Positions 15,973 to 31,630 of a stretch of DNA of 64,000 nt are shown piece after piece; position 1 is the stretch's first letter, and every line of letters starts with the position of its first letter. Source of the DNA: the human T2T-CHM13v2.0 reference genome, Homo sapiens; NCBI RefSeq assembly GCF_009914755.1, contig NC_060947.1, one strand, 5' to 3'. Made by a program: the position numbers and the translations under genes. The notes below the pieces were generated by a model. It had not been told where the DNA came from and did no database searches. It saw only the letters and a program-made list of their open reading frames with translations.

Positions 15973-16265
15973 TTTTTTTTTTTAACTGAGACGCAATCTC
16001 ATTCTGTCTCCCTGGCTGGAGCGCAGTGGTGCTATCTATCTGGGCTCATTGCAACCTTCACCTCCCAGGTTCAAGAGATTCTCCTGCCTCAGCTTCCCTA
16101 GTAGCTGGGACCACAGGTGTGCACCACAATGCCTGGCTAGTTTTTGTATTTTTAGTAGAGATCATGTTGGCCAGGCTGGTCTTGAACTCCTGCAACCTCA
16201 AGCCATCTGCCTGCCTAGGCCTCTTAACATGCCGGGATTACAGGCATGAGCCACCACGCCAGGTC
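15973..16265 (-). mobile_element. Alu SINE (diverged AluS-like, ~10-bp internal deletion)
   Basis: Reverse Alu dimer; GGGGTTTCAC missing after TAGTAGAGAT. Confidence 0.93.
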
Positions 16266-16279
16266 TGGTTTTGGTTATT

Positions 16280-16310
<31 letters not shown>

Positions 16311-16477
16311 ATATGTATATATGTGTATATATACATATACACGTATGTACACGTATATACGTATACACGTATGTATACATATATACGTATGTATATATAC
16401 ACGTATTTATATATGTATATATGTGTATATATGTATATATGTGTGTATATATGTATATATATGTGTATATATATATG
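16280..16477. repeat. Compound (TA)/(TG)/(CA)/(CG) alternating purine-pyrimidine microsatellite
   Basis: Directly visible; source of the spurious Y/I/C/V-rich ORFs. Confidence 0.97.
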
Positions 16478-16867
16478 AGCTCCTCAAGCACAGAAATAAG
16501 TCATAAATACTGTTTTTATTTTCCCCAACTCCTGCCAGGTTGAATTTCAGAGTTGATGCTTAATAAGTAATTTTGAAATTAAGTTTAATAGAATATATGT
16601 AATTATTATTTTGTGTCACAATGATTCTACCATATTCCCTGTCTTTCTAATTTTTTAGTCCTTCTTTTGTTTTATTTTCCCCTCATTTTATCACGTTTTT
16701 CTCTTACTTTTATTCTTTCTATTTTTTTTAACCTCTTATCAATCACTTTGGACTCAAACTTTCTGAAATCACGTTCTTTACTTTTTAATTAATATTTGTT
16801 CCTGGTTTTACAATTATTTTAATTATATCATTTATACCTACTTTTCTCAGATATTTTCAAATGATAT

Positions 16868-17301
16868 TTGGAGACAATTCTCCATATGGCTTAGCTTTTC
16901 TGTATGTCTTGTTAGAAGAGGCACCGAATGCCTTTTTTATGAACTCTTTGCACTATCTTGGGAGATAGAAATAATATCTCCCTTTGGAGCAAGAGGAAGA
17001 CATGTTTATTGTTTACTGTGAAAGATTTGAGTTCTCTAAGATCAAAGTTTCTCTCCTATAATGTACCTATTGCATGTGCAAATATCATCCATCTCTCTTC
17101 ATGTCAACCTGTAGGAATTAGACCTTGGGAAACTGGCACAAAATGTGAGTACTCTGGCTACTGTTTTTGCTGTGAGTAATGTTTAAGCCATTTTTTGTTT
17201 CTGACTCAAGAGTTTCATGTCTTCTGTTGGCATCCATGAAACTGTGGCAGGCTAACCCATTACCTTGCAAGTAGGGTACAATCTCAGATTTTGTTATAGA
17301 C
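16868..17301 (+). mobile_element. ERVL solo LTR (LTR47-like)
   Basis: GGAGACAATTCTCCAT, GAGATAGAAATAATATCTCCCTTTGGAGCAAG and CATCCATGAAACTGTGGCAGGCTAAC match recalled LTR47. Confidence 0.65.
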
Positions 17302-17305
17302 ATCA

Positions 17306-17682
17306 ATGACTTACGATGATTTGATCTTTGACTTATGATGGTTCAACTTCGATGTTTTTACTTTACCATGGTGTGAAAGTGCCACACATTCAGTAGAAAC
17401 TGTACTTCAAGTACCCATACAACCATTCTATCCTTCGCTTTCAGTACATGAGGTAATCAATAAGTTGCATGAGATAGTCAACACTATTTTTTTATATATA
17501 AAATAGGCTTTGTGTCAGATTATTTTGCCCAACTGTAGGCTAATGTGTTCTAAGCATGTTTAAGATAGGCTAGGCTAAGCTATGATGTTTGGTAGGTTAG
17601 GTGTATTAAATATATTTTTGACTTACTATATTTTCAACTTACAATGAGTTTATTGGGACACAACCCCATTGTAAGTTGAGTT
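17306..17682 (-). mobile_element. MER47A (TcMar-Tigger MITE)
   Basis: Collinear with reverse MER47A: CATTCAGTAGAAAC.GTACTTC.AGTACCCATACAACC, TAGGCTAGGCTAAGCTATGATGTT, AACCCCATTGTAAGTTGAG. Confidence 0.88.
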
Positions 17683-18479
17683 ATACATGAGTTAAACATG
17701 GTTGGAGTTTGCGGCTAAAGCTTTTGGATTACTTTTACCCCATCGTAACTTTATCATGGCGTGTGTGTGTGTGTATGTGTAGCCCGGCAGGCATGGCCAT
17801 CCACTGAATACTTTGTCTTGTATTATAATTGCTCTTATTTTTCATATTACATAGGCAAGTTTCCTTCACAAGTACAGTGTTTTCTTGTCTTCCTCCAAGA
17901 ACTTTTTACTCTCCTTTCATTGTCAGGTCTCATTATAAGGCTTAGCAGATTCATTTTAAAAAGCAAACCTATTATTTTTTGTATATTTATCTAGTCTATT
18001 GGTCTATCCGTATTTTTCCATATCTCCAAAAGCATCAGCATAGCCATTCTTACCCACAAAGCACTGTTGACCAACTTATGTTTAGATGTGGCATTATTTT
18101 CCCACCTGGAATGTCATCTCTTTCTTTTATCTATGTTTCTTCCATTTCTTTTAAAACTTACTTTCTCTACAGAGGCTTTTGTGAGTAATCCCAAATAAGT
18201 TTACTCATTAAGCATTTATTTTTTGATAATTATATTACTAATATTCATTGATTGCCTACTATAATTCCAGGCAGAGTGAGCAAACCACCACAGAACTTGA
18301 ATACCATCTTGGAAGTTAGTATCTTATAAATCAACATACATTCAATTTGATCTATGTTATTTGGATTTAAAGATACATAATTTTTTATTTTTCATGTTGC
18401 CTCCCTGATTTCATTGGAAATTCTTCCAAGGCAGGCAACTGTGTCTTTTTCCTTAACTAATAATAGTTTAAGCCCATAA

Positions 18480-18880
18480 AACCTTTTCTCTCTCTTCAAG
18501 CAATAAGAAAAAATCAGGCTGTCCAGCAGTGCAGTGCAATGATTCCATCAGGGACTTGACTACCATCTGGCTTTCTGCTCCACCATGGTTAGTGTGTGGC
18601 TTTCAGCTTCATGATTGTAATTGGGCTGATATACCTCTGGACCTCATGGCCATGTTCAAGGGAGGAAGAAGGAATAAGGGATAGAGCAAAAGGGGATTGT
18701 CTGGGGTCAAAATCCTTCCAACCTGAGACATCAATTTCAGAAGTTTTCCCCAAAATGCTATATAACATTGTCTCACTGATCACAACTGGGTCAATCACCA
18801 CCCCTAGCTACAAGGAAGTTTGAGAAGGTGAATACGCTTAACTAAGCATATGGACACTTTACACAAAATCAGAGGTTTTT
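18480..18880 (-). mobile_element. Old MaLR LTR (MLT1K-like)
   Basis: CATCAGGGAC..., CTTTCTGCTCCACCAT and CCACCCCTAGCTACAAGGAAG motifs. Confidence 0.5.
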
Positions 18881-19129
18881 TTAAATAAGAATGGGACAAG
18901 ATATGTTGGTTAGAGACTAACAATGTTTGCCGTACCACCAAACTCAACAGTGGCATAAGGATCCTTAAAGCTACAGGATAAATAAAAAGCATCTTCTTAG
19001 AGCATCTTATTAGAAAATTTGAAGGAAAACTTCTCCCTAAAACAAACATGGGGTAGAATACAGATAAGATATGAATATTTAAGGTTGAAATTGGGTGAGA
19101 TAAAAAAATTCTCACCTTTTGCCATGTCC

Positions 19130-19530
19130 CCCACCTCCTTCATGTGCCACAGCCACACTGGTGTCTTTCATTTCTTATTCTAATCATAGCCCTTTCTAAT
19201 CTCTGATTTTTCTGCCAGAAATGCTCTTCCCTCCAAATTTTAAATAAATGGGCAGATCTCAACTTTAAACTTAACAACAACAACAAAAAAGGTTCTCAGA
19301 GAGATATTCCCTGTCCAACCAGATATAAAATCCCAGTCACTTTCTGTGATATTTTCAATTTAGTATTTATCACTACATGTTTATTGTGTGCCCTCCACCC
19401 CACCCCCAGAATAATGTAAGCTTCATGCAAGCAAATGCAGTTAGGTGCTGTTTATCCTAGCAAAGGGCACAGGAAAAGGTAGGCTCTCAGTATGAAGCAG
19501 GGCACAAGAAGTATTCAATACACTGTTAGA
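19130..19530 (+). mobile_element. L2 relic
   Basis: CAGCCACACTGG, TGCCAGAAATGCTCTTCCC and AATGTAAGCTTCATG motifs. Confidence 0.5.
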
Positions 19531-20899
19531 TTTTCACTGAGATATTTATGCTTGAAACTAATCTGGAGTCTTTCTTCTCCTCTCTTAGAACATTGCATCA
19601 AAGAATATCAAGTCAATAGGATATTGGATATTTTCAGGGAAAAAAGACAAAGACTAGGCTGATTGAAAATCACTGTAACATTTGTTGTAAAACATTGTGT
19701 TTGCGTCCTACTGTTGCTGTATAAATATATTTTCAAGCTCTTTTTGTGAATATCAAATGAGGAACAATAGACAAACCACTAGCTTGTGAAAACATTTTGA
19801 TCCCATTTTAGTCAATGATTAATTTTGTAAGACATAAGGCTTTGCCTCTGTCTTCTCACTGCCAGGCCATTATTTTAGTGTTCATCCCCAAAACCATACT
19901 TTTTAAAAACTGGATATTAATGCCATGTAAATGTTAAGAAAATATTTAGCTCAGGAATTCATAGACAAGATTCTTGTTGTATATATCTTGGAATTTTTCT
20001 TGGGACACAACTGGAAGTTTCTCTATTTATTCAGGACATAAAATAACCCACTTCTTAGGGGGAAGGTTCCAGGTCAACAATTTAATGATTTTTAAACAAA
20101 TATCCTACAGGGAAAGGGAAGATTTAGAAGAATTTTTTACATCCCTTTATACTTCATTAAAGCCTTTTTGGTGTATATTGTGAAATTATATGCCTAGTCC
20201 AGAATTAAGGACCTGGAATAGGCTAAACAAGAAAATACAGGTTAGTAGAGTTATAATTAATCCTCATAAGTCAGAGAATAAAATGGGCAAGAAGAGTAGT
20301 CAAGTACATTGAATAGAGTCTTCCATTAACGTAATTCAGAATTGCCCTGGCTTCCCAAGAGCATTTTCATGTTTCACTGGTCAAGTGAAATACCTACCCT
20401 GTCTTATCTCGATCTTCCCACATTACTTACTTCCTTATTAGGTTCCTCTGTAATTCTATTGACTGAAAATTCACTGCTGTGGAAATATATCTACTAGTGG
20501 AGTTAATCCAAACAATTTGGGCAATAGGAAAAATACATGCTTAATGATGTGTTTGCCTTCTCACTTAATTTTATTTCAGACCTACTAGATAGTCAATAAG
20601 GGATGGGAAATGACATTCTTGTGAAGGAGAGATGAAAATATTAATATATTAATATTATGTATTTAAGCGTAGGGATGATCTCGATATAGGCATATCATAA
20701 AGTACCTTAATATTTCATTGGCTGATTCATCAGAGTGAATCTATGTGGTCGTAAATGAATGGGAAGCATGTAAAAATCTTGTTTATCTAACATGCACACT
20801 AAAAAGGGTCCTCCAGGAATTAGAATCACTCAAAATTGTAAGTTGTGCCGCAATTTGTTGATGTAATTATATCAACATTTTTCTTGACGTCAGACCATT

Positions 20900-21122
20900 G
20901 TGGGTGGGAAGATTATGGTTTTGATGATCACACAGACATAGGCTTGAATATATTCTCTTATTGCTGGCTGTGTGACCACAGACAAGTTACATAAACACTC
21001 TGACTCTCAGATTCTTTTGTAAAGTGGGACTCCTTTCCTTTGAAGCATGAGCACAAAGATTGAAAGATACATAAAACACTTTAACATGTTGCCTGGCATG
21101 AAACAAGTGCTCATTATGTATT
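20900..21122 (+). mobile_element. MIR relic
   Basis: GGCTGTGTGACC..GACAAGTTAC.TAA..CTCTGACTCTCAG core; GCCTGGCATG...GTGCTCA tail. Confidence 0.65.
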
Positions 21123-21529
21123 AATCTTCTTCCCATTCTCCCTCTGGGAGCAATGAGTGATTTAGAGTTTGTAATTCAGTTGAGAAGAAATTTCAGAATT
21201 GTATAAAAGGCAGTGTGCTTATATATTCATTCATTAGTCCCCTTATTATCAGAGTGTGTTATTTGCATTACATAGTTTAGCCATGGTGTGTATAATTTGA
21301 ATTTAACTGGAAACAACATTCCTTTCACAAATGTTGTTTCCAACTCAATTACCTGACCTTCAGCTAGGTTAGAAGCATTGGCATTTCTAGTAATTTTGAA
21401 ATTCCAAAAATGTAACCCCCATACTCTATGCTAATTTTCAAATCAGCAGTTGAATTGGCTGCTCAGTCACATTTGTTCCTAAAGACGGAAAATAAAAGTG
21501 TCTGTGAGAGGGCAGGCCTGGCTTAAATT

Positions 21530-21915
21530 CTGTCTTAACTTGAAGGATCTCAGAAGCAGACTCTGAGCCAGGGATTCCAGCGCAAGTAATTTATTAAGGA
21601 AGTACTCACAGGAAATACCAGTGAAGGATCAAAGAAGCAGAATAAAAAAGGGAAGAAGCCAAGCAAGGGTTCAATTTCAGGTGAAGTCTCTGACTCAGTC
21701 TGATCCTGTGGTGAGCCCTGGAACAAAAATTGTACCTCTGAGTTTGTCTTGTCTCAAGACATAGGAACTGTCTTCTTATAATCCAGAGCTAGTCAATCAT
21801 GAACTGTAGTCTGTCCCAAGGAACATAAACTCTCAGGAACTTCTGGTTCTAAATTAGGGTGAGACAACTCTAGTATCCAAGGTCAAGTTTTAGAAGTTTC
21901 TGCTGTAAGCCCTTA
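21530..21915. mobile_element. Old ERVL-type LTR fragment (LTR16/LTR33-like)
   Basis: TGTCTTAA...CAGAAGCAGACTCTGAG..AGGGATT..AG.GCAAGTAATTTATT; similar start to the element at 12914. Confidence 0.45.
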
Positions 21916-22282
21916 TCATGAATTACAGAACATATGGGATAAAACAAAGCACTGGTAAAGGAAATGAAGGGTATAGGAGCAGATCACTAATTGTGTCCAG
22001 TACACTCTTCTAGGTCCCTTGCATTTTCTGAACCAGGAACATATAGTGGCCATCATAGCATTACTAGTTCCCAGTAAGGTAAATTGTTTTAGTAAGTGAA
22101 CAGTGCCCAAATATTTAGGACTTACTTGAACTGAACGTTGCATACTATGAATAGGCTATTTCATTGTACCTTAAGGGTTTCCAAGGATAATGTAAATATA
22201 TGAACAATTAGTACTGTTATGATGACCAACATTTATTAAACACATAGGATATGCCAAGCCATATATTAGATGGTGTATATAG

Positions 22283-22642
<360 letters not shown>

Positions 22643-23026
22643 TAGAAGCCTCATTTTAGTGATGAAGAAACTGAGCCTCAGGAAATTAAAAAAAAAAACT
22701 CATAACTAGTAAGTGGTTAAACTAAAACTATATTCCTGGTGTAATCCAAAACCCTAGATCCTTCCAATAAGCAAAATTTTGCCCTTTAATTGCAGTAATA
22801 GAATCTGTGAAACACTAGGAAGCTACCAGTATTACTTATCTATGCTGCATATCAAATCCCCAAACTTAAAACAACAACAAACATTTATCATCCTCACAGT
22901 TTCTTTGGGTCAGAGATTTAAGAACAGCTTATCTGGGTAGCTCTGACTTGGTGTCTCTAATAAGATGGCCATAAAGATTTTGGCTAGGGCTGCAATCCTC
23001 TGAAGGCTTGACTAGAAATGTAGGAT

Positions 23027-23853
23027 TTTTTTTTTTTTTAATTATACTTTAAGTACTGGGATACATGTGCAGAACATGTAGGTTTCTTACATAGGTATAC
23101 ACATGCCGTGGTGGTTTGCTGCACCCGTCAACCTGTCATCTACATTAGGTATTTCTCCTAATGCTATCCCTCCCCCAGCCCACCACTCCCCAACAGGCCC
23201 CAGTGTGTGACGTTCCCCTCCCTGTGTTCATATGTTCTCATTGTTCAACTCCCACTTATAAGTGGGAACATGTGGTGTTTGGTTTTCTGTTCCTGTGTTA
23301 GTTTGCTGAGAATGATGATTTCCAGCTTCATCCATGTCCCTGCAAAGGACATGACCTCATTCTTTTTTATGGCTGCATAGTATTCCATGGTGTGTATGTG
23401 CCACAGTTTCTTTATCCAGTCTGTCATTGATGGGCATTTGGGTTGGTTCCAAGTCTTTGCTAGTGTGAATAGTGCGTGCTGCAATAAACATATGTGTGTA
23501 AGTGTCTTTATAGTAGAATGATTTATAATCCTTTGGGTATATACTCAGTAATGGGATTGCTGGGTCAAATGGTATTTCTGGTTCTACATCTTTGAGGAAT
23601 CGCCGCACTGTCTTCCTCATTGGTTGAACTAATTTACACTCCCACCAACAGTGTAAAAGCATTCCTATTTCTCCATATCCTTTCCAGCATCTGTTGTTTC
23701 CTGACTTTTTAATGATCGCCGTTCTAACTGGTGTGAGATGGTACCTCATTGTGGTTTTGATTTGCACTTCTCTAATGACCAGTGATGATGAGTGTTTTTT
23801 TTCATATGCTTATTGGCCGCGTAAATGTCTTCTTTTGCGAAGTGTCTGTTCAT

Positions 23854-23856
<3 letters not shown>
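23027..23856 (-). mobile_element. L1PA (approx. L1PA7-like) 3' segment: poly(A), 3'UTR and ORF2 C-terminus
   Basis: Poly-T + TTATTATACTTTAAG; ORF2 C-terminal peptides MQIKTTMRYHLTPVR...HCWWECKLVQP and WNQPKCPS...EYYAAIK, split by a frameshift. Confidence 0.95.
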
Positions 23857-25150
<1,294 letters not shown>

Positions 25151-26147
25151 AGTATGTATTATAGGATCTCCTATCAGGGTGTCCCACTCATAGCATTGGC
25201 AAATTAATGCTGGCTATTAGCAGGAAGCCTCAGTTTCTTGCCACACGGACCTCCCCATAGTACTGCTTGAGCATGCTCAAGAAATGGAAGTTGTTTGATT
25301 TTTTTCCCCAGAGTGAGTGGTTAAGAGAGGACTTTTGGAAGCCACCATGCATTCTGTGACTTAGCCTTGGAAGTCACATACCATCACGTCTACAATATCC
25401 TATTAGTTACAAGATGAAACCTATTCAATGTGTGAGAAAACTACATAAGGGCATGAATAGCAGGTGGTAAGGATCATTAGGAGCCATCTTGAAGAATGGT
25501 TACCACACTACCATTCCTTTCTTCTTAATCCTAAGTATAGAACTCCTGCTGTCTCCTGAGGATTTGTTAAGCACTTTGTTGCTCCCACATCCCCCTCAAA
25601 AAAAAAACTTAATTAAAAGTAGCTAAGTAGAAACAAATATTCAACACACTAGTAATAAATGTAGATGTTACTGAATATTTAGAAAGGAGATCAAGAAGAG
25701 GACTGACATCACACATCACTTGATAGAAACAAAATTAATTTTTCTTTTACATCTGCCTGCTTTCCCTTCCCAAATCCCTCTCTTCAGCTGCCAGCTGTCT
25801 CATTCCTCTTTATCTCTTTCCCACATAGCCTCAAAACTCTCCTTTGTTGTGCCAAATAATTCAGCTCTGGTCCTGAGTTTACAAACACATTCTTGGCAAA
25901 ACAAAATCCTGATGGCCATTCTCACTTTCTTTAGAATGCAAACATCTTTGCCCTATTATGGAAAATAGGGATCAAAGTAGCTTATTGATATTTACTCAAC
26001 AAAAAGTCCTATTTCCTAAGGTGGAGGGAGAGAGACAAATATGTTCTCTTGTTCAGAAAATAAGTTTTTTTCTCCTAAGTGTTATATATATATATAATAT
26101 ACTCTTCTAGCTTCCAGATCCAGGGAGGACAGTGATCCTTCTGTTTC

Positions 26148-26273
26148 TTGCTGATTGGTTGCTATACCTGTTTGAAATTATAGCTCTTACATTTTTGTCA
26201 TTGAGTTAGTTGCTGATCAGTTGCTATACCTGTTTGAAGTTACAGATCTTATGTTTTTGCCATTGAGTTAGTT
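26148..26273. repeat. 62-bp tandem duplication, 2 copies, 54/62 identical
   Basis: GCTATACCTGTTTGAA at 26161 and 26223; CATTGAGTTAG ends both copies. Confidence 0.93.
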
Positions 26274-26775
26274 ACATCCTTTCTTATTTTGTCACTGAGC
26301 TCTTAACCAGCTAGCCTACATCTCATCTTGTTTAGAAATATTCTTATGATTTCTGTTTTTCAGTTCACCTGATTCTGGAAAAGAAAAGAAAACTTTGCCC
26401 CTGAAGGACGCAAGCAATTATGAGTGGATACTACATAAGGGCCCTAGCTTTGTCATGCTCGTTGATACACACTCCCACCTAGCGCCTTGCACTCAGAAGA
26501 TTCAGTTCATATATCTGTTAATTGACTCTAACTGACTGAGGTTCCCTGGATGAGGAGAGCAATGAGAACAGAGGCTTGTCAGCCTGCATAATCCCTACTA
26601 ATAAGCTCTACTATACTTTGATGCTTATCTTCATTTTCTTAAACTGAAAAAAAAAATCTTTTGGCAAATTCCAAAGGAGATCATCACTGAAATCTTGCTG
26701 AGTTCAACTTATAAGCTTGTGGGCATTAAAAATTATATCAATGAGGTCGCTGCCCTGTAACTGTTCACACTTTTA

Positions 26776-27408
<633 letters not shown>

Positions 27409-28029
27409 TCATAGAGGGAAAAGTAGTGAGAGGGAAGGCTGGAAAAGGAGGTTTCTCTGGATTCTAGAGGCTCTTGAGTTGCAGATCAAAGCTTGGATTT
27501 TATGCTATTGGCGATGAGCAGTCATTGATGACCTAAAGTGACATAATAATGAAAATACTGCTTTGGGAAAGGTAACCCGGGTCACCATGTATATGAAAGA
27601 TTAATGTAAGGAGAAATTGAAAGCAGGAAGAGTAACAGGAAAATTTCAGAAATTTAGAAATGAGAGAGAAGAATTGAGCCTATGAATATTCCAATGCAAA
27701 TTAATGTTCTATTTTTTCTTTGCAGTTTCTAGTTTCTCAAATTTAGGCTTCATGCAATATGCTTTGAAAATATGATGATTATATTAATTCATAGAATCAC
27801 TGATTCCTCTTCTACCCCACCAATGTTTGTAAGGTGCATTCTGATAATTTTATTAACCATACCTCTTCGTAAAGGTGGTAAAATATTGAAGCTCTTAAAG
27901 TGGCCTTGGCAAATGCATATAACCTGTGAGTGTATTGTGCTTAGAATTATTATAAAATGATTTTTAAAGGATCTTCACCCAGGCACAGCTAATATGAGTA
28001 AGAATCCTAAATGTAAGTTACTTCTAGAC

Positions 28030-28364
28030 CAGTGGTCCCCAACCTTTTAGGCACCCGGGACAGGTTTCGTGGAAGACAATTTTTCCATGGACGGGGTCTG
28101 GGGGGTGATTTAAGGATTAAACCGTTCCACCTCAGAACATCAGGCGTTAGTTGGATTCTCGTAAGGAGGATGCAACATAGATCCCTTGCATGCATGTGCA
28201 GTTCACAATAGGGTTCATACACCTATGAGAATGTAGGGCCTCCCATGATCTGACAGTAGGCGGAGCTCAGACTGTAATGCTTAATACTGGCTGGCCAGCC
28301 ACTCATCTCCTGCTATGCAGCCCAGTTCTGACCCAGGCTGCAGCCCAGGGGTTGAGGACCCCTG
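28030..28364 (+). mobile_element. MER1B (hAT-Charlie MITE), complete
   Basis: TIRs CAGTGGTCCCCAACC ... GGTTGAGGACCCCTG; perfect 8-bp TSD TTCTAGAC (28022-28029, 28365-28372). Confidence 0.92.
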
Positions 28365-28949
28365 TTCTAGACATATTATTGCACTTGTATCATTTTACTG
28401 CTAATATATTACTGTATCATTTTACTACGAATATATTGTCACATTATAATAAATTCCAGATGATAGCGCAATCACAGCACAAATACTTATCTTTTCTAAA
28501 AAAAATTCCAGTTGTAGATTTGTTCAATGCAATGTGGTATATTTTATCTTTCTAAAGAGCAGAGCAGTGTGGCAATTCTGAATATACACGTGCTTGCTGA
28601 AAGCGATAAATTGGTGATTTTCTCCTTCGTGGGACAGAAACAAGTGAGATGGATATAAAGAGAAAATCCTACAAGTAATAATTTTAGAGCACTTCTTAGT
28701 AGCAATTTCAATTTGTCACTAGCACTCTATGTATTCCCAACTGTTACTCCTTTCATTCCATAATTTTTATTCTCAGATCTTTCCATTTCATATCCCAAAG
28801 ATAACATTTGCTCAAACATAAAAATAACATTTAGCTGCCTTTGCATGGCCCTTGCAAATTTATCTCTCACTTCTTGTTTCCCTTAGTTCCCCAGTAGCCT
28901 TGAAAAACACCCAAGTTGGCTGAATTCTAAGCCGAATGACTGTGATAGC

Positions 28950-31265
28950 TCCACAGTAGCATAATTCCAAATGCTTATTTGATAGCTCCAATTGATGGCT
29001 AATTGGCCCTTCAAATTTAACATACTTAAAAGGAAATTTCTGTTTATCCTCTACTCTCAGAATTGATTCTTCTTCAACTTCTCCTCCTAGTACATGGCAC
29101 TACCATTAGTTGGCTGCCCAGGTTAAGAAAATCATGCTAATTTTAAAAATTAATAATAAATAAAAATCTAGATAACATTTATTTTTCTTCTCATTCCCTA
29201 AACCTCTACCTACAAGTATACAATCTTCCAGAAACTTCAAACTGCAAAATATATTCCAAATCTAATCACTTGTCTCCTTTTCTGCTGCCCCCAACCTTAG
29301 TTTACATCTCTCTTCAGCTGTCCTTCAGGTGTTTCCTCATGGGTCTCTGTTCTCTTGTTTGGCCTTTGATCCACACTCTTCACACAGTAGTGTTGACTGT
29401 AGGCTCCCCAAATGAACAACAGAAAAACCTTTTGATCATACATATTTAAGTTTTTGGACCTTCTGCTGTAAGAAAAAAACATAATTCTACAGAGTCTTAG
29501 TAGGATCTCAAAATGGGAAAATTAGAATAGGTTATTTATTATATTTTACAGCTTGGTCTGGGTTATTTCAAGGTGGGTCTTGTTAGGCAGGGATTGGTTA
29601 AGTTTGGACAAATTTCATTGCATAGTTTTGAATTGTCGGATACATTTGAGTGAATGGATTTGGATTGGTGGGTACTGTGAGACAATGGTTTTGAAATGAG
29701 TTGTGACAAATATGTCACTGAGTCAGTTCATAGTCATCTTTTAGGAGCAGGTGTTTCTTGGACCAAGCATCTAGGTTATTTTGGCTTGGAGTAAATATTC
29801 TTTAATATGGAGCAGAAATGTATGCCTGGTTCTAGTTTCATAGAGAGAGAAAATTATGCTTCATAGGTATTTAAACTTAAAACATCTCTTCATATCCCTG
29901 CTTATAATCCTTGGAAAGCTTCATGCTATGATCAGAATAAAATTTAAACTCAAATTAGAAGATCCTAAATAGGCTGTCCCTTGTCTCCTCACTGACTTCA
30001 GTTCTTACCACTCTTCCCCTTACTCTCCACATTCCAGCCACACTAGCCTTTCCTTTCCTTGAGTAAACCAGGCTCGTTCCTGCACTTGCGAATTGCCTCT
30101 GCCTGGAATGGGTCTTTCTCTTTCATCATTTGAAGTCTCCCACAAATATCATCTCTTCAGAGAAGACTTCTTAAGGCTACCCATCTAAATCAGCTCATGA
30201 CTCCCATATCTCTTCACTTTAGAGTTCATGGCACTCATCCCTACCTATACAAAATTATGGTCTTTTAAGCCTGATATCCTCTATTCAAATCTTTCTTCTG
30301 CTACTTATTAGCAGTAGAACCATGACTATGTTACTTTGACTATCTGTGCCTCAATTTCCTCATACATTAAAAAAGGACAATGATGATACATATGTCATAG
30401 GGTTGTCATGAGCCATAAATGAATTTAGCTTTGTAAAATGTTGACTCTCTAAATATTAGCAATACAACTTGTTGGTAAAATAACTGTGATAAGGAAGACC
30501 ACTACCTCAGGAGAACTACTTTGGTTTTGTCTCCCAAAGGTGAAGGCAAGGTCGGGATTTATTGAGAATTGGAAGTTTGGTTTAAGGTGGGGTTTTTTCA
30601 AAAAGAGGATTTTATTAAGATTGGGTATGAATCAGGATATAACAGTCTAGGATTGGTGAAAACAGGAAAGCCAGGATTTTGAGACAGGATTTCAAAAAAT
30701 TGTACTTTGTAAGTTCTCTGTTGATTCTATTGAAAAGTTGGGAAGAGATGGGTCTTTTGGAAAGTCCCTGTAACGAACAATCAAACCACTTGCTTCAGCC
30801 AGAAACTCAGGGAAAGTAATGACAGTGGGATACAAAGTTACATTATCGTGGAGGTATGAGGTTAGGGAGCTTTAGTCCTCAATATCCAAGCTGAATATAC
30901 AGGTAGATGGTTTTGGTGCTCAGCATGTAAAGCATATAGAACAGTGCCTGGCACATAATAAGAGCTTAAGTAAGGTGAATTTCATCATTAACTTATTATT
31001 GTCATGGAAGCCACAAGGGTGGTCATTTGTCTGTATCTCCATTTCCTGGCACAAACATTGCTTAGCACAAAGTAGGTACTCAATAAATCATTGTGGAATG
31101 GATAAATTTATTTATTTACTGGTTTTCTGTTTGTCTCCCTAATTAGGATATAAACTCTGCGAGAGAGAAAAACATGCCTTTATTGTTCATCAAAGTATTC
31201 CAAGGGCCTGCGGCGGTATTTGGCCCACAGTAATCACACAAAGTGTATTTGTTGAGTAAATTAAT
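28950..31265 (+). mobile_element. Mosaic of L2 and MIR relics with interposed unclassified old LTR-like pieces
   Basis: L2 motifs (CTGCAAAATATATTCCAAATCTAATCACTT, CCAGCCACACTAGCCTT, GTAGGTACTCAATAAAT), MIR core TCTGTGCCTCAATTTCCTCAT at ~30345; internal boundaries unresolved. Confidence 0.5.
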
Positions 31266-31399
31266 AAGCTTTTAAGTATCACAAAAGAATCTTGAGTGTA
31301 AAACCAGCTCCCAGTTTCTTTCACCTCCACTGAAAGGTGTGAGTCCAGAAAACGAGAACAAAATGAAGAACAGAAGAATAAAAAACCCAGTTACATTCT

Positions 31400-31630
31400 A
31401 AAATAAATTGGGGGAAATGCTGGTTTAAAAAGTTAAGTAAGATCCTTTCCTGTAAGGTTTCTCAGATCCTTTAATCTGCCAATGTGCATTGTTGATTACT
31501 AATGGGAAATAGTGTGTATACTTGTTTGATCAGGGAACTTGTTTTTCCCCTTTTTGATTTGAGAACACTTATTTGCATCTCTGGAAATACAACATTAGCG
31601 TTATTTGAGATGTTCTTTGGGAAATGCTGT
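31400..31630 (-). mobile_element. MER103C-like relic
   Basis: TTTCTCAGATCCTTTAAT.TGC.AATGTGCATTGT is the reverse of the motif at ~2000. Confidence 0.5.

Noticed and set aside
16026-16543. Overlapping Y/I/C/V-rich ORFs
   Set aside because: Artefact of a stop-free dinucleotide repeat.
26148-26273. Repeat-spacer-like pattern considered as a CRISPR-like array (also 50993-51053)
   Set aside because: Only two copies, no unique spacers, eukaryotic context, no cas genes.
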